Shown here one piece after another: positions 51,146 to 60,228 of a DNA stretch of 64,000 nucleotides (position 1 is its first letter; every line of letters begins with the position of its first letter). Both the position numbers and the translations under genes were made by a program. Under the pieces are notes generated by a model that saw only the letters and a program-made list of their open reading frames with translations, was not told the origin of the DNA and did not search any database. Location of the stretch: contig JAWPMW010000001.1 in the NCBI GenBank assembly GCA_033344735.1, positions 2,270,171-2,334,170 on the forward strand. The letters are read 5' to 3'. The DNA comes from Gammaproteobacteria bacterium (GTDB lineage: Bacteria; Pseudomonadota; Gammaproteobacteria; UBA4575).

Positions 51146-53068
51146 ATGAGTGAGCAAGCACAAGCAGAAAATAATAAAGAAACCCTAAAGTTTGAGTCAG
51201 AAGTCAGTCAAATCTTACATTTGATGATTCATTCCTTGTACTCAAACAAGGAGATCTTTTTAAGAGAACTAGTTTCAAATGCTTCAGATGCTTGCGATAA
51301 GCTTCGTTTTGAAGCGTTGTCAAATGCTGACCTTTTAACTGACGATACAGATCTTAAGATTCAAATCGAATACGACGAAGAAAATAAAACCATCTCTGTT
51401 CGCGATAATGGTATCGGCATGACGCGAGAGGAAGTGATTGAAAATATTGGCACTATTGCCAAGTCTGGCACAAAAGAATTTCTAGAAAATCTTACTGGAG
51501 ATCAGGCAAAAGATTCCAATCTTATTGGCCAGTTTGGCGTCGGGTTTTATTCTGCGTTTATTGTTGCAAAAAGAGTGGAGTTAAAAACGCGTAGTGCGAC
51601 TGTAGAGGCTAAACATGGTGTGCATTGGCAATCTGAAGGCACTGGTGAATATGACTTAGCTGAAATTGAAAAAGCAGATCGAGGCACTGAGATTATACTC
51701 CATCTTAAAGAAGAGGAAGTAGAATTATTATCCGGTTGGCGTTTACGCTCAATTGTAACTAAGTACTCTGATCATGTTCCGTTGCCTATCGAAATGCTGG
51801 AAGAAAAGCAGGATGACGAAGAAGAAAAATCAGATGAAGAAGTTAAATGGGAAATTGTCAATAAAGCTTCTTCTTTATGGACGAGGGCAAAGTCAGAAGT
51901 AAGTGAAGATGAGTATAAAGAATTTTATAAGCATGTCGGCCATGATTTTGCTGATCCTTTGGCTTGGTCTCATAACCGTGTTGAGGGTAAGACAGAATAT
52001 ATTTCGTTGCTATATATTCCAAGTAAAGCGCCATTTGATTTGTTTGAGCCAAATCAAACGCATGGTTTAAAGCTTTATGTACAGCGAGTTTTTATTATGG
52101 AAGATGCGGAAAAATTACTGCCTCGCTATTTGCGCTTCGTGCGAGGTGTGATTGATTCTAGTGACTTGCCATTAAATGTTTCTAGAGAAATTCTACAAGG
52201 TAATAAAGTAATTGATTCAATCCGTTCCGGATCTGTTAAGAAAGTGCTCGGCTTATTAGAAAGTATTGCTAAGAGTGATCCAGAGAAATATCAATCATTT
52301 TGGCAAGAATTTGGAAAGGTCATTAAAGAAGGTCCTGGCGAAGACTTTGCAAACAAGGAGCAGATTGCCAAGTTATTAAGATTTGCATCTACTGAAGCAG
52401 ACAAAGAGGATCAAACAGTTTCTCTAGATGACTACATTGGTCGAATGAAAGAGGGTCAGGAATCTATCTACTATATAACTGCAGATAACTTTAACGCCGC
52501 TAAAAATAGCCCGCATTTAGAAATCTTTCGCAAGAAAGGCATTGAAGTTATTTTGATGTATGACCGTGTAGATGAGTGGTTGATGGGTTCTTTAAATGAA
52601 TACGATGGCAAATCTTTTGTTTCTGTTGCAAAAGGCGAATTGGACCTAGATAAACTTTCTGATCAAGATGAGAAAGAGCAACAAAAGAAAGTTGAAGAAG
52701 AGTCAGCGGATATTGTCAAACTCATTAAAGAGAAGCTCGAAGACAAAGTGGAAGATGTGCGTGTATCGCATCGCTTAACGACTTCTCCTGCTTGTATCGT
52801 GTTGAATGAGCATGATATGGCACTTTATATGCAGAATTTGCTGAAACAAGCAGGTCAACAAATGCCGAGCACTAAACCAACTTTGGAAATTAATCCATCG
52901 CATCCTATGCTAGTTAAAATGAATAATGAGACCGACATTGATCAGGTTGGAGAATGGTCAATGTTGTTATTTGAGCAAGCGATACTAGCTGAAGGTGGAC
53001 AATTGGAAAACCCGGCTGATTTTGTTGCGCGACTGAATAAAATCATGCTTGATCTTGCTGGCAAGTGA
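51146..53068 (+). CDS. htpG: Molecular chaperone HtpG (Hsp90)
   Basis: 640 aa; GHKL ATPase motifs (NKEIFLRELVSNASDA, GQFGVGFYS). Confidence 0.95.
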   Translation: MSEQAQAENNKETLKFESEVSQILHLMIHSLYSNKEIFLRELVSNASDACDKLRFEALSNADLLTDDTDLKIQIEYDEENKTISVRDNGIGMTREEVIENIGTIAKSGTKEFLENLTGDQAKDSNLIGQFGVGFYSAFIVAKRVELKTRSATVEAKHGVHWQSEGTGEYDLAEIEKADRGTEIILHLKEEEVELLSGWRLRSIVTKYSDHVPLPIEMLEEKQDDEEEKSDEEVKWEIVNKASSLWTRAKSEVSEDEYKEFYKHVGHDFADPLAWSHNRVEGKTEYISLLYIPSKAPFDLFEPNQTHGLKLYVQRVFIMEDAEKLLPRYLRFVRGVIDSSDLPLNVSREILQGNKVIDSIRSGSVKKVLGLLESIAKSDPEKYQSFWQEFGKVIKEGPGEDFANKEQIAKLLRFASTEADKEDQTVSLDDYIGRMKEGQESIYYITADNFNAAKNSPHLEIFRKKGIEVILMYDRVDEWLMGSLNEYDGKSFVSVAKGELDLDKLSDQDEKEQQKKVEEESADIVKLIKEKLEDKVEDVRVSHRLTTSPACIVLNEHDMALYMQNLLKQAGQQMPSTKPTLEINPSHPMLVKMNNETDIDQVGEWSMLLFEQAILAEGGQLENPADFVARLNKIMLDLAGK

Positions 53069-53502
53069 AATCAGCCACACCAGATTGGATAAATAGCTCT
53101 TTATCTGAGTTAACCGATGCTCAGTGGGAATCTTTGTGTGATGGTTGTGGCAAATGCTGCATGGCCAAATTGCAAGATTCAGATACCGGAAAGATATACT
53201 ATACTAATGTTGCCTGTAAGCTATTTGATGAGAATACTTGTCGTTGTACTGACTATAATAATCGTACATCGCAAGTACCCGAATGTGTACGAGTTTCTCT
53301 GCAAAACCCTGAGGTTTTTTCATGGTTACCGAATTCCTGTGCCTATCGCTTGAGATACGAAACCAAACCTCTGTTTAATTGGCACCCTCTTGTAAATGGA
53401 GATGATGGTCTTATGCACGATAAAAACCATTCTGTGCAAAACAAGACCGTATCCCCATTAGATGCTGGGCCACTAGAATTTCATTTAGTTAACTGGGATT
53501 GA
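53065..53502 (+). CDS. ycgN: YcgN/UPF0260-family cysteine-cluster protein
   Basis: ESLCDGCGKCCMAKL...YTNVACKLFD...CRC closely parallels E. coli YcgN; overlaps the htpG stop. Confidence 0.75.
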   Translation: MKSATPDWINSSLSELTDAQWESLCDGCGKCCMAKLQDSDTGKIYYTNVACKLFDENTCRCTDYNNRTSQVPECVRVSLQNPEVFSWLPNSCAYRLRYETKPLFNWHPLVNGDDGLMHDKNHSVQNKTVSPLDAGPLEFHLVNWD

Positions 53503-53838
53503 CATCAAAGATTGATAATTTAATCGATATAATCTTGTTATTGTTAGAATATCAGCAAGCCAAGCAAGAAATTTCCCACAATAAATAATGAAAAGATAAA
53601 GAATTCTTTCCAGTATGGGCAGATTAGTGAATTATCGTGAGTATCCAGTATAGACATTATAAATCTCCAATAGTGAAGTGAGAATAGAATTAAAATTTGT
53701 GCGCACGGTATTGAAGGAATCTTTCAAAAGTATTTCATCTTTTTTCAAATCGACGAACTGTGTAATTTCTATTTTAAGTGGTAATTATCAGGTTTATATG
53801 CCATAAAATTTAAACACTCTTTAACACAATGTACTTAG

Positions 53839-54225
53839 ATGTCGACTCCGGTACGTATTGATAAGTGGCTATGGGCTGCGCGATTCTATAAAACTCGCAG
53901 TATGGCGAATAGTGCTGTCGTGGGAGGAAAAGTCCATGTCAATACAAAGAGAATTAAGTCTTCATATAGAGTGAAACTAGATGATGTTATTGTGCTGACT
54001 AAGGCGCAATTTAAGATAGAAGTGGTTGTGCTCAAATTAATGGATCAACGCAGGTCTGCCAAAGAAGCACAAGAATTATATTGTGAACGTGAAAACAGTG
54101 TTGCGCAACGAGAGTTATCTGCTGCGCAACGTAAGATTTTGAACCAATCTATGCCTCGTTCTATTAAAAAGCCCAATAAACATGAGCGTCAAAAAATTAG
54201 AGCATTGTTGGGTAAGTCTAAGTAA
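53839..54225 (+). CDS. hslR: Ribosome-associated heat shock protein Hsp15 (S4 RNA-binding)
   Basis: VRIDKWLWAARFYKTRSMA S4-domain N-terminus; basic C-terminal tail. Confidence 0.85.
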   Translation: MSTPVRIDKWLWAARFYKTRSMANSAVVGGKVHVNTKRIKSSYRVKLDDVIVLTKAQFKIEVVVLKLMDQRRSAKEAQELYCERENSVAQRELSAAQRKILNQSMPRSIKKPNKHERQKIRALLGKSK

Positions 54226-54235
54226 CCTTTATTTT

Positions 54236-55321
54236 TTACTCGCTTGCTTCTACCTTCTTAGAGCGTATGAATCTTAATTTGTCGCCATCATTTAAACTGG
54301 TGACTTTTTGAGGAGCAGACTTTGTATTGGTTGTTGCAATTAGCTCGTCTTCTTCATTTTTCATGAAGGGATTTTTGCTTTGCTGTGTGGCGAATTCAGG
54401 TTCTTCCTTTGCTACACTTTCTTTGACATTTTGTGTTGTTAAGCGTGGAGTCAATTGCATTGCAACACGTGGATCTTGTTGCCAATGATCGTACATCTCT
54501 TCGATGATAGTGTTGGATCTAATTAAATCTTCAAGACTTGTAGTTAACTGACGCTTAGCTAATGCAGCTTTTTCTTTCTCAATTCTGCCTGTATTAGCCA
54601 GCTCTTCAATGCGTTCAAGAATTGGTAGTGACTTTAGAATTAATTTAAGCTGTTCACTTAGATATTGGTTGTGTGACGGCAAAACTTGCATCCAAACGCC
54701 ATACAGTAGTTCCTTCATTTTTTCTAGAACGATACTTTCACCTGTTAACTCAATTGATTTTTCATTGCCAGAGTCCATTCCGATAATGGTAAGTTCTTCA
54801 GGATTATCAATGTGCTCGAGTGTAACGAAGCAATTATAGAGTTGTTGAATGCTTTCAAGTGTGGAAGCGATTTTCTTAGGTGTATCTTTGGTATTTTCAT
54901 CTGCCAGCAACAAAATAGAAATGGTTTCATCTTCGCCAGTCAGTGTTGTAAGTTCATCGTGGCCTATAGAGATTACTTTTTGAAAGTATCCAAGACTTGA
55001 ACGCAATCTACGTAAATTGCTAAAAATGCTTTTAAGCAACTCTGGTTGATCTGTTGAAATTAGTTTTGGCCAGTTCTTGGGGTCATTTAAGTAATGCAAA
55101 TCTAGTTGCTTAAGAACTTCTTTCTCTGCGTCTGATAGCTTGCTGGTTGAAATAGAAAATTTGTTGAGCGCTGCTAAAAGGTCACCAACATTAGGGATTT
55201 TCTTCCCTTGTTTGCTTAATGCAAGAATGCGGACATGCAATCGTTCAAGCAGCTCGCTGTCGGAAATGGCCTGTTGGATTTTATCGGTTGTATCTATTAG
55301 TTGTTTACGTCGCATAGTCAT
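54236..55321 (-). CDS. Hypothetical alpha-helical protein (361 aa), no recognisable domain
   Basis: Long ORF with good coding character; acidic/low-complexity C-terminus; converges on hslR. Confidence 0.5.
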   Translation of the reverse strand: MTMRRKQLIDTTDKIQQAISDSELLERLHVRILALSKQGKKIPNVGDLLAALNKFSISTSKLSDAEKEVLKQLDLHYLNDPKNWPKLISTDQPELLKSIFSNLRRLRSSLGYFQKVISIGHDELTTLTGEDETISILLLADENTKDTPKKIASTLESIQQLYNCFVTLEHIDNPEELTIIGMDSGNEKSIELTGESIVLEKMKELLYGVWMQVLPSHNQYLSEQLKLILKSLPILERIEELANTGRIEKEKAALAKRQLTTSLEDLIRSNTIIEEMYDHWQQDPRVAMQLTPRLTTQNVKESVAKEEPEFATQQSKNPFMKNEEDELIATTNTKSAPQKVTSLNDGDKLRFIRSKKVEASE

Positions 55322-55662
55322 TCACTTCAATGTTAGGCTCTTATATAGAGCGTAGTTTCTCTGAATCTGTTGGTGACTATAGTATTGCTGAATGAAGTGC
55401 TTGCCCGTGATGAGCGTCATAATTTAACGAATAAACGGTCGCCTGAAAGTTAAATTAGGCAATATTCTGTCGCTAAATGTGAACTGAAACGAAGCTTTGA
55501 ATTTTTTAGTGCTTGAGTGATGGTAAGTTCAATGAAAGTGGAGTTTATACATTTTGTCCCCTTAATTTGTTGTTGGGGTAATCAATATTGATAATAATGC
55601 CTCAGAATGCGGCTATAAATTAAGTTTCTGTGATGTGTTGGCTAAAATATAAGGCTAGAAAT

Positions 55663-56286
55663 TTAGCTGATGGTGAAGCGCACAATAAAGTCTTTATCAA
55701 TATTGGAAGGTTTACCTAAACTTAGGACACCTGATCCGCTGAGGATGCATTCGTCACGACAAATGTGAGTGGTGCGCCCATCGTCGAAATCGATGTAAGT
55801 TCCATTAAAACTATGATCGCAGAAGTAGAATTGGCCGTTACGCCATTCTAGCCGACCATGACGGCGTGAGGAGAAGCGATTTAATATCACCAAATCACAA
55901 TTTTGATCTCTTCCTAGGCTACAACGAGGTTCCTGTACTGATAACGAAATTTTCCACTTTTGAAATGATAATTCCATATTTTGCACAAGCGAGGTGGATG
56001 TTTCTAATGTAGGAATGGCCGCGTTTGTGAGGTCATTATCTCGAAGAATAGAAGGTAACTCAGGTGCTGTGTCTGAGTTATCTAGAATTTCTTTATCGCT
56101 GGCTCTACGGCCTGATATCTGGGCCTGCTCTTTTTGGTTTTCTGCATCATCGCGGATATCAATAGACATGCGACGATTTTTTGTGACGAGCACGCCTGTA
56201 CTATCCACGAATGGATAGGTTGGTCGTTTTCCCCATTTTCGACGCTCTGCAGGCTTTTCGTCAGATTTGAATTGTTTTTGAGACAT
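55663..56286 (-). CDS. FHA-domain protein (paralog 1) with N-terminal Arg-rich YPF-DS motif
   Basis: C-terminal FHA signature (LGRDQNCDLVIL...SRRHGRL...NGTYID); N-terminal RRKWGKRPTYPFVDSTGVLVTKNRR. Confidence 0.7.
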   Translation of the reverse strand: MSQKQFKSDEKPAERRKWGKRPTYPFVDSTGVLVTKNRRMSIDIRDDAENQKEQAQISGRRASDKEILDNSDTAPELPSILRDNDLTNAAIPTLETSTSLVQNMELSFQKWKISLSVQEPRCSLGRDQNCDLVILNRFSSRRHGRLEWRNGQFYFCDHSFNGTYIDFDDGRTTHICRDECILSGSGVLSLGKPSNIDKDFIVRFTIS

Positions 56287-56410
56287 GCGCTGAAGTATGA
56301 ATCAAGCCGAAAAAAACTGCATGAGCAATAAAACAAAAAGCCGAAGAACGGTTAAATGTAGCCGATAAATTTAGCTTAAATTTAGAAGTAGCTTTAGACG
56401 AGTTTAATTG

Positions 56411-56932
56411 CTAACCAATGAAGAAGTGGATTAAGTCACTTTCTGAGTGATCTAAAGGTACGCCGAGACTAATAACGCCACTCCCTTTAACGGCTACTTT
56501 GCCTTTAGTTATAAAGGTTTCACCATCATCATTTTTAATGTAGGTGCCGTTAATGCTGTCATCCTCTAGGTAATATGCGCCGTCCTCAAAATATAGCCTT
56601 GCATGTTGGCGTGAGACGAATCTAGAGGAGAAACTCGCTAAGCAATCAGAGGATCGCCCTATCCATACATTATCATCTTCACGTTTGATCTCATGGATCT
56701 CGTCCTGAAACCAAATGAATAGACGTTTATTGCCTAGTTCCCCGTCGATATTGCCGATTTCTTGTTTGGCAGGTTCTTCTAGAGTGATATTGTTTAGTCG
56801 ACGCTCAGGTATGAATCTGCGGTCCTGCCTGACTAGAGTGTCATCAGAGTCGAAAAACGGATACAAAGGCGTCGCAATCATAGTGCGACGATCTTCAGAA
56901 CTTCTACGTTCTTGAGTAATCACTGTTGACAC
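56411..56932 (-). CDS. FHA-domain protein (paralog 2) with N-terminal Arg-rich YPF-DS motif
   Basis: C-terminal FHA (IGRSSDCLASFSSRFVSRQHARL...INGTYIKNDDG); N-terminal DRRTMIATPLYPFFDSDDTLVRQDRR; GTG start with GGGGA RBS. Confidence 0.7.
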   Translation of the reverse strand: MSTVITQERRSSEDRRTMIATPLYPFFDSDDTLVRQDRRFIPERRLNNITLEEPAKQEIGNIDGELGNKRLFIWFQDEIHEIKREDDNVWIGRSSDCLASFSSRFVSRQHARLYFEDGAYYLEDDSINGTYIKNDDGETFITKGKVAVKGSGVISLGVPLDHSESDLIHFFIG

Positions 56933-56955
56933 TTTTTTCCCCGTCTACAAAGAGC

Positions 56956-57114
56956 TTAAATGACTGTGAGTTTTTCAATCTCAGGTAGCCAGACTGTAAA
57001 CAGAGCAAATGCATAGGTTGCCAGTCCTAGAATTAGCCACAACGCAAATAATACCGATAACGATATATCGTGAGTGGAAAGCCCTTCTTCAACTTTACTA
57101 GATATTACTTCCAT
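56956..57114 (-). CDS. Unannotated small membrane protein (52 aa), candidate
   Basis: Not in the ORF track (<60 aa). Encodes MEVISSKVEEGLSTHDISLSVLFALWLILGLATYAFALFTVWLPEIEKLTVI, one clear TM helix with Trp/Ala/Gly composition atypical of random AT-rich ORFs. Its stop is 23 nt before the FHA paralog 2 start. Confidence 0.3.
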   Translation of the reverse strand: MEVISSKVEEGLSTHDISLSVLFALWLILGLATYAFALFTVWLPEIEKLTVI

Positions 57115-57315
57115 AAAATATGTATGTAGTTCTCAAAATTACCTTCTGGTGAATAGGATACTACCTTACAGCCGATAGTTCCCTATATTTTTTGATAACT
57201 GTGCTTATACAAAAGTCTTTTATAAAAGTGCTTGAATAAGCATAAGTAACTTACTGTAATAGAGTTAAAGCAGAATTAATTTATGACAAATTGCTGACGC
57301 AAAATTTAATGCTAC

Positions 57316-58548
57316 TTATTTGATCTTATAATTTTCGTGAACATAATCTGTGACAATTTGTTTGAATTCATCAGCGATATTGTCGCCACGTAGCGTACAT
57401 GATTTCTCCCCATCAATATAAACAGGCGCGACAGGCGCTTCTCCGCTGCCAGGTAAGCTAATACCAATATTTGCATGTTTGCTTTCCCCTGGACCATTTA
57501 CCACGCAACCCATGACCGCGACGGATAAATGTTCTACTCCAGGCAGGGTTTGTTTCCATTCCTGCATGGAATTGCGTAAATATAACTGAATATCATCAGC
57601 CAATTTTTGGAAGTAATCACTGGTAGTGCGACCGCACCCTGGACATGAAGTAACCGCAGGACTAAATGCCCTTAAATTGAGTGATTGAAGAATTTCCTGC
57701 GCTACTAGGACTTCCTCTGTGCGAGAGCCCCCTGGTTGTGGTGTTAGAGAAACGCGAATGGTGTCTCCAATACCCTGCTGAAGTAATATGGCAAGTGCGG
57801 CGGCTGAGGCCACTGTCCCCTTTATACCCATACCTGCTTCGGTTAAGCCTAAATGTAATGCATAATTACATCTTTCAGACAGTTGCTTGTATACGTCTAT
57901 TAATTTAGGTGCGTTACTGATTTTGCATGAAATAACAATTTTATCGGCACTAAGACCAAGCGATTCTGCGTAACCTGCACTATTTAAAGCAGAGGTAATT
58001 AAAGCTTCTTGCATTACTTCGTCAGCAGATTTGGGTTCAGCTAGCTGTTGATTTATATCCATTTGTTCAGCCAGTATTTGCTGATCGAGGCTTCCCCAGT
58101 TAACGCCTATTCGCACGGGCTTTTGATATTTACATGCGGTTTCAATCATTGATGCAAATTGGCTATCGCGTTTACTCCCACGACCCACATTTCCAGGGTT
58201 AATTCGATATTTGTCTAAATGTTCAGCGCATTCTGGCGCTTCGCTAAGCAACTTATGACCATTGAAATGGAAATCACCCACAATTGGCACGGAGATATCC
58301 ATACGTGCAAGTTGTTCTTTAATATAAGGTACCGCACGTGCTGCTTCTAGATTATTAACGGTGATGCGTACCAACTCGGAACCTGCTCTGGAAAGATCTG
58401 CAATTTGAGTAGCCGTACGTACAATATCAGCAGTGTCAGTGTTGGTCATTGATTGCACGACTATGGGAGAATTATTACCCATAGTGACGTCACCAATTTT
58501 AACTGCGGTAGTCTTTCTTCTTAGTACTGAATTGGAATTTGTTTGCAT
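57316..58548 (-). CDS. ispG: 4-hydroxy-3-methylbut-2-enyl diphosphate synthase (flavodoxin)
   Basis: 410 aa GcpE; C-terminal CPGCGR...C 4Fe-4S motif. Confidence 0.9.
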   Translation of the reverse strand: MQTNSNSVLRRKTTAVKIGDVTMGNNSPIVVQSMTNTDTADIVRTATQIADLSRAGSELVRITVNNLEAARAVPYIKEQLARMDISVPIVGDFHFNGHKLLSEAPECAEHLDKYRINPGNVGRGSKRDSQFASMIETACKYQKPVRIGVNWGSLDQQILAEQMDINQQLAEPKSADEVMQEALITSALNSAGYAESLGLSADKIVISCKISNAPKLIDVYKQLSERCNYALHLGLTEAGMGIKGTVASAAALAILLQQGIGDTIRVSLTPQPGGSRTEEVLVAQEILQSLNLRAFSPAVTSCPGCGRTTSDYFQKLADDIQLYLRNSMQEWKQTLPGVEHLSVAVMGCVVNGPGESKHANIGISLPGSGEAPVAPVYIDGEKSCTLRGDNIADEFKQIVTDYVHENYKIK

Positions 58549-58632
58549 ATGTGTGAGTGCATTTTGTTACTATTTAATTGTGCATAGTGTAACTAACATC
58601 TGTCGTTTTAACGAAGCAAGATTTACAAAACA

Positions 58633-59070
58633 ATGTCTAAACCAGCCGGTTATTTTCAGCAAACTTTGCGATTTTCCACATCTGGGCGTGGGACCATTGA
58701 AATTACTGGTGATATTCAATCTGTAGTTAACACTACTGCTATTACCACAGGTATTTGCCATGTATTTGTACACCATACCAGCGCATCATTAATTATTTGC
58801 GAAAATGCAGATACTGATGTGAGGGTAGATTTAGAAACGTTTATGAAACAGCTAGTACCAGACGGTGATCCTATGTTTGTACATACCTGTGAAGGTGAAG
58901 ATGATATGCCTGCCCATGTACGTTCAGTGATTACACAAACAGAGTTAACTCTACCTGTGACAGAGGGGCAACTGGTTTTAGGCACATGGCAAGGCATATA
59001 TTTGTGGGAGCATCGCTGCCAAAGCCATGTACGTCAAATCACTCTGACAATACATGGAAACATTAACTGA
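58633..59070 (+). CDS. yjbQ: YjbQ-family (UPF0047) secondary thiamine-phosphate synthase enzyme
   Basis: HHTSASL...GEDDMPAH...GTWQGIYLWEHR closely parallels E. coli YjbQ. Confidence 0.8.
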   Translation: MSKPAGYFQQTLRFSTSGRGTIEITGDIQSVVNTTAITTGICHVFVHHTSASLIICENADTDVRVDLETFMKQLVPDGDPMFVHTCEGEDDMPAHVRSVITQTELTLPVTEGQLVLGTWQGIYLWEHRCQSHVRQITLTIHGNIN

Positions 59071-59773
59071 AATGAAAACACCGATTCAATTTGAAAACAT
59101 TAAATGTATCACCTTGGATTTGGACGATACACTATGGCCCGTCGGTCCTACTATTATTAAAGCCGAGACTGAGCTCTATTCTTGGATGAAAAAAAATTAT
59201 CCTGAAGTAAGTAATACTTATACTCATCAGCAATTAACGGAAAAGAGAATGGTGCTACAAGCTAGTCGCAAGGATATTTCACATGATGTTACTGAGGTAA
59301 GATATTGTTCATTGCTTGAGCTTGGCAAAGAGTTTGGCTACGACGAAGAATTTGCAAAACAAGCGATGACATTGTTCCGCTATTATCGCAATCAAGTTGA
59401 ACCCTATGAATCTTGCGAGTCAATATTATCAATTTTAAAACGACACTTTATATTGGGTGCTATAACTAACGGTAATGTACAGTTAGATCAAATACCTATT
59501 GGAGAGTATTTTGATTTTGTGGTTACCGCAGAAGAAGTCGGGGTATGTAAACCCCATTCAAAAATGTTTGAGGTCGCTTCACAATTTGCTGATGTTCCTT
59601 TGTCTGATATTTTACATATAGGAGATTCTGTGAAAACAGATGTGATAGGTGCTATGGATGCAGGCTGCAAAGCAATTTGGTTTAACGATAAGCGTGCACC
59701 CTGGCCTGGTGGGCAAAATCCTCACCATGTGGTTCATTGCCTTACTGAACTGCCTGCAGTACTTAATATTTAA
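59054..59773 (+). CDS. HAD-superfamily hydrolase (subfamily IA)
   Basis: DLDDTLW motif I; GDSVKTDVIGAMDAG motif IV. Confidence 0.75.
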   Translation: METLTEMKTPIQFENIKCITLDLDDTLWPVGPTIIKAETELYSWMKKNYPEVSNTYTHQQLTEKRMVLQASRKDISHDVTEVRYCSLLELGKEFGYDEEFAKQAMTLFRYYRNQVEPYESCESILSILKRHFILGAITNGNVQLDQIPIGEYFDFVVTAEEVGVCKPHSKMFEVASQFADVPLSDILHIGDSVKTDVIGAMDAGCKAIWFNDKRAPWPGGQNPHHVVHCLTELPAVLNI

Positions 59774-59803
59774 AGTAATTATATGGATAACTAGGAGGTT
59801 TTA

Positions 59804-60214
59804 ATGTCGGAGAATGCAAAACAAGGTAAAACTTTAGAAGAACGAATAAAGTCACTTGAAACTCTGCAACGCAATACGCGCATTGCTATTATTATCTTGG
59901 TTGGTTATTCAATCTACGATGTAATTTCAGTTGATAGCGGCGAGGATATTGTGTTCGCGCGAAAAGTTAAGGCGCTTGAGTTCCAGTTAATTGATGGACA
60001 AGGTGGAGAATATGGGAGTTGGAAAGTCCCTGAAAAGTCAGCTGCAGCATTAGTGATACAAAGCACTAATGGTAATCGTATGACAATGACTGCTAATGAA
60101 ATGAAGTTTACTAGCGACCGGATCAATCCATACCCAAGAATGACATTGGATGATCGGGGCATTCGCATACATGAAAATACAAATTCAGCATCAGCCGACA
60201 CCGATGCTGAATAA
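59804..60214 (+). CDS. Hypothetical protein with single TM segment (136 aa)
   Basis: GGAGG RBS; one hydrophobic helix (IAIIILVGYSIY); no known domain. Confidence 0.45.
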   Translation: MSENAKQGKTLEERIKSLETLQRNTRIAIIILVGYSIYDVISVDSGEDIVFARKVKALEFQLIDGQGGEYGSWKVPEKSAAALVIQSTNGNRMTMTANEMKFTSDRINPYPRMTLDDRGIRIHENTNSASADTDAE

Positions 60215-60228
60215 GTGGAGAATCTTTA

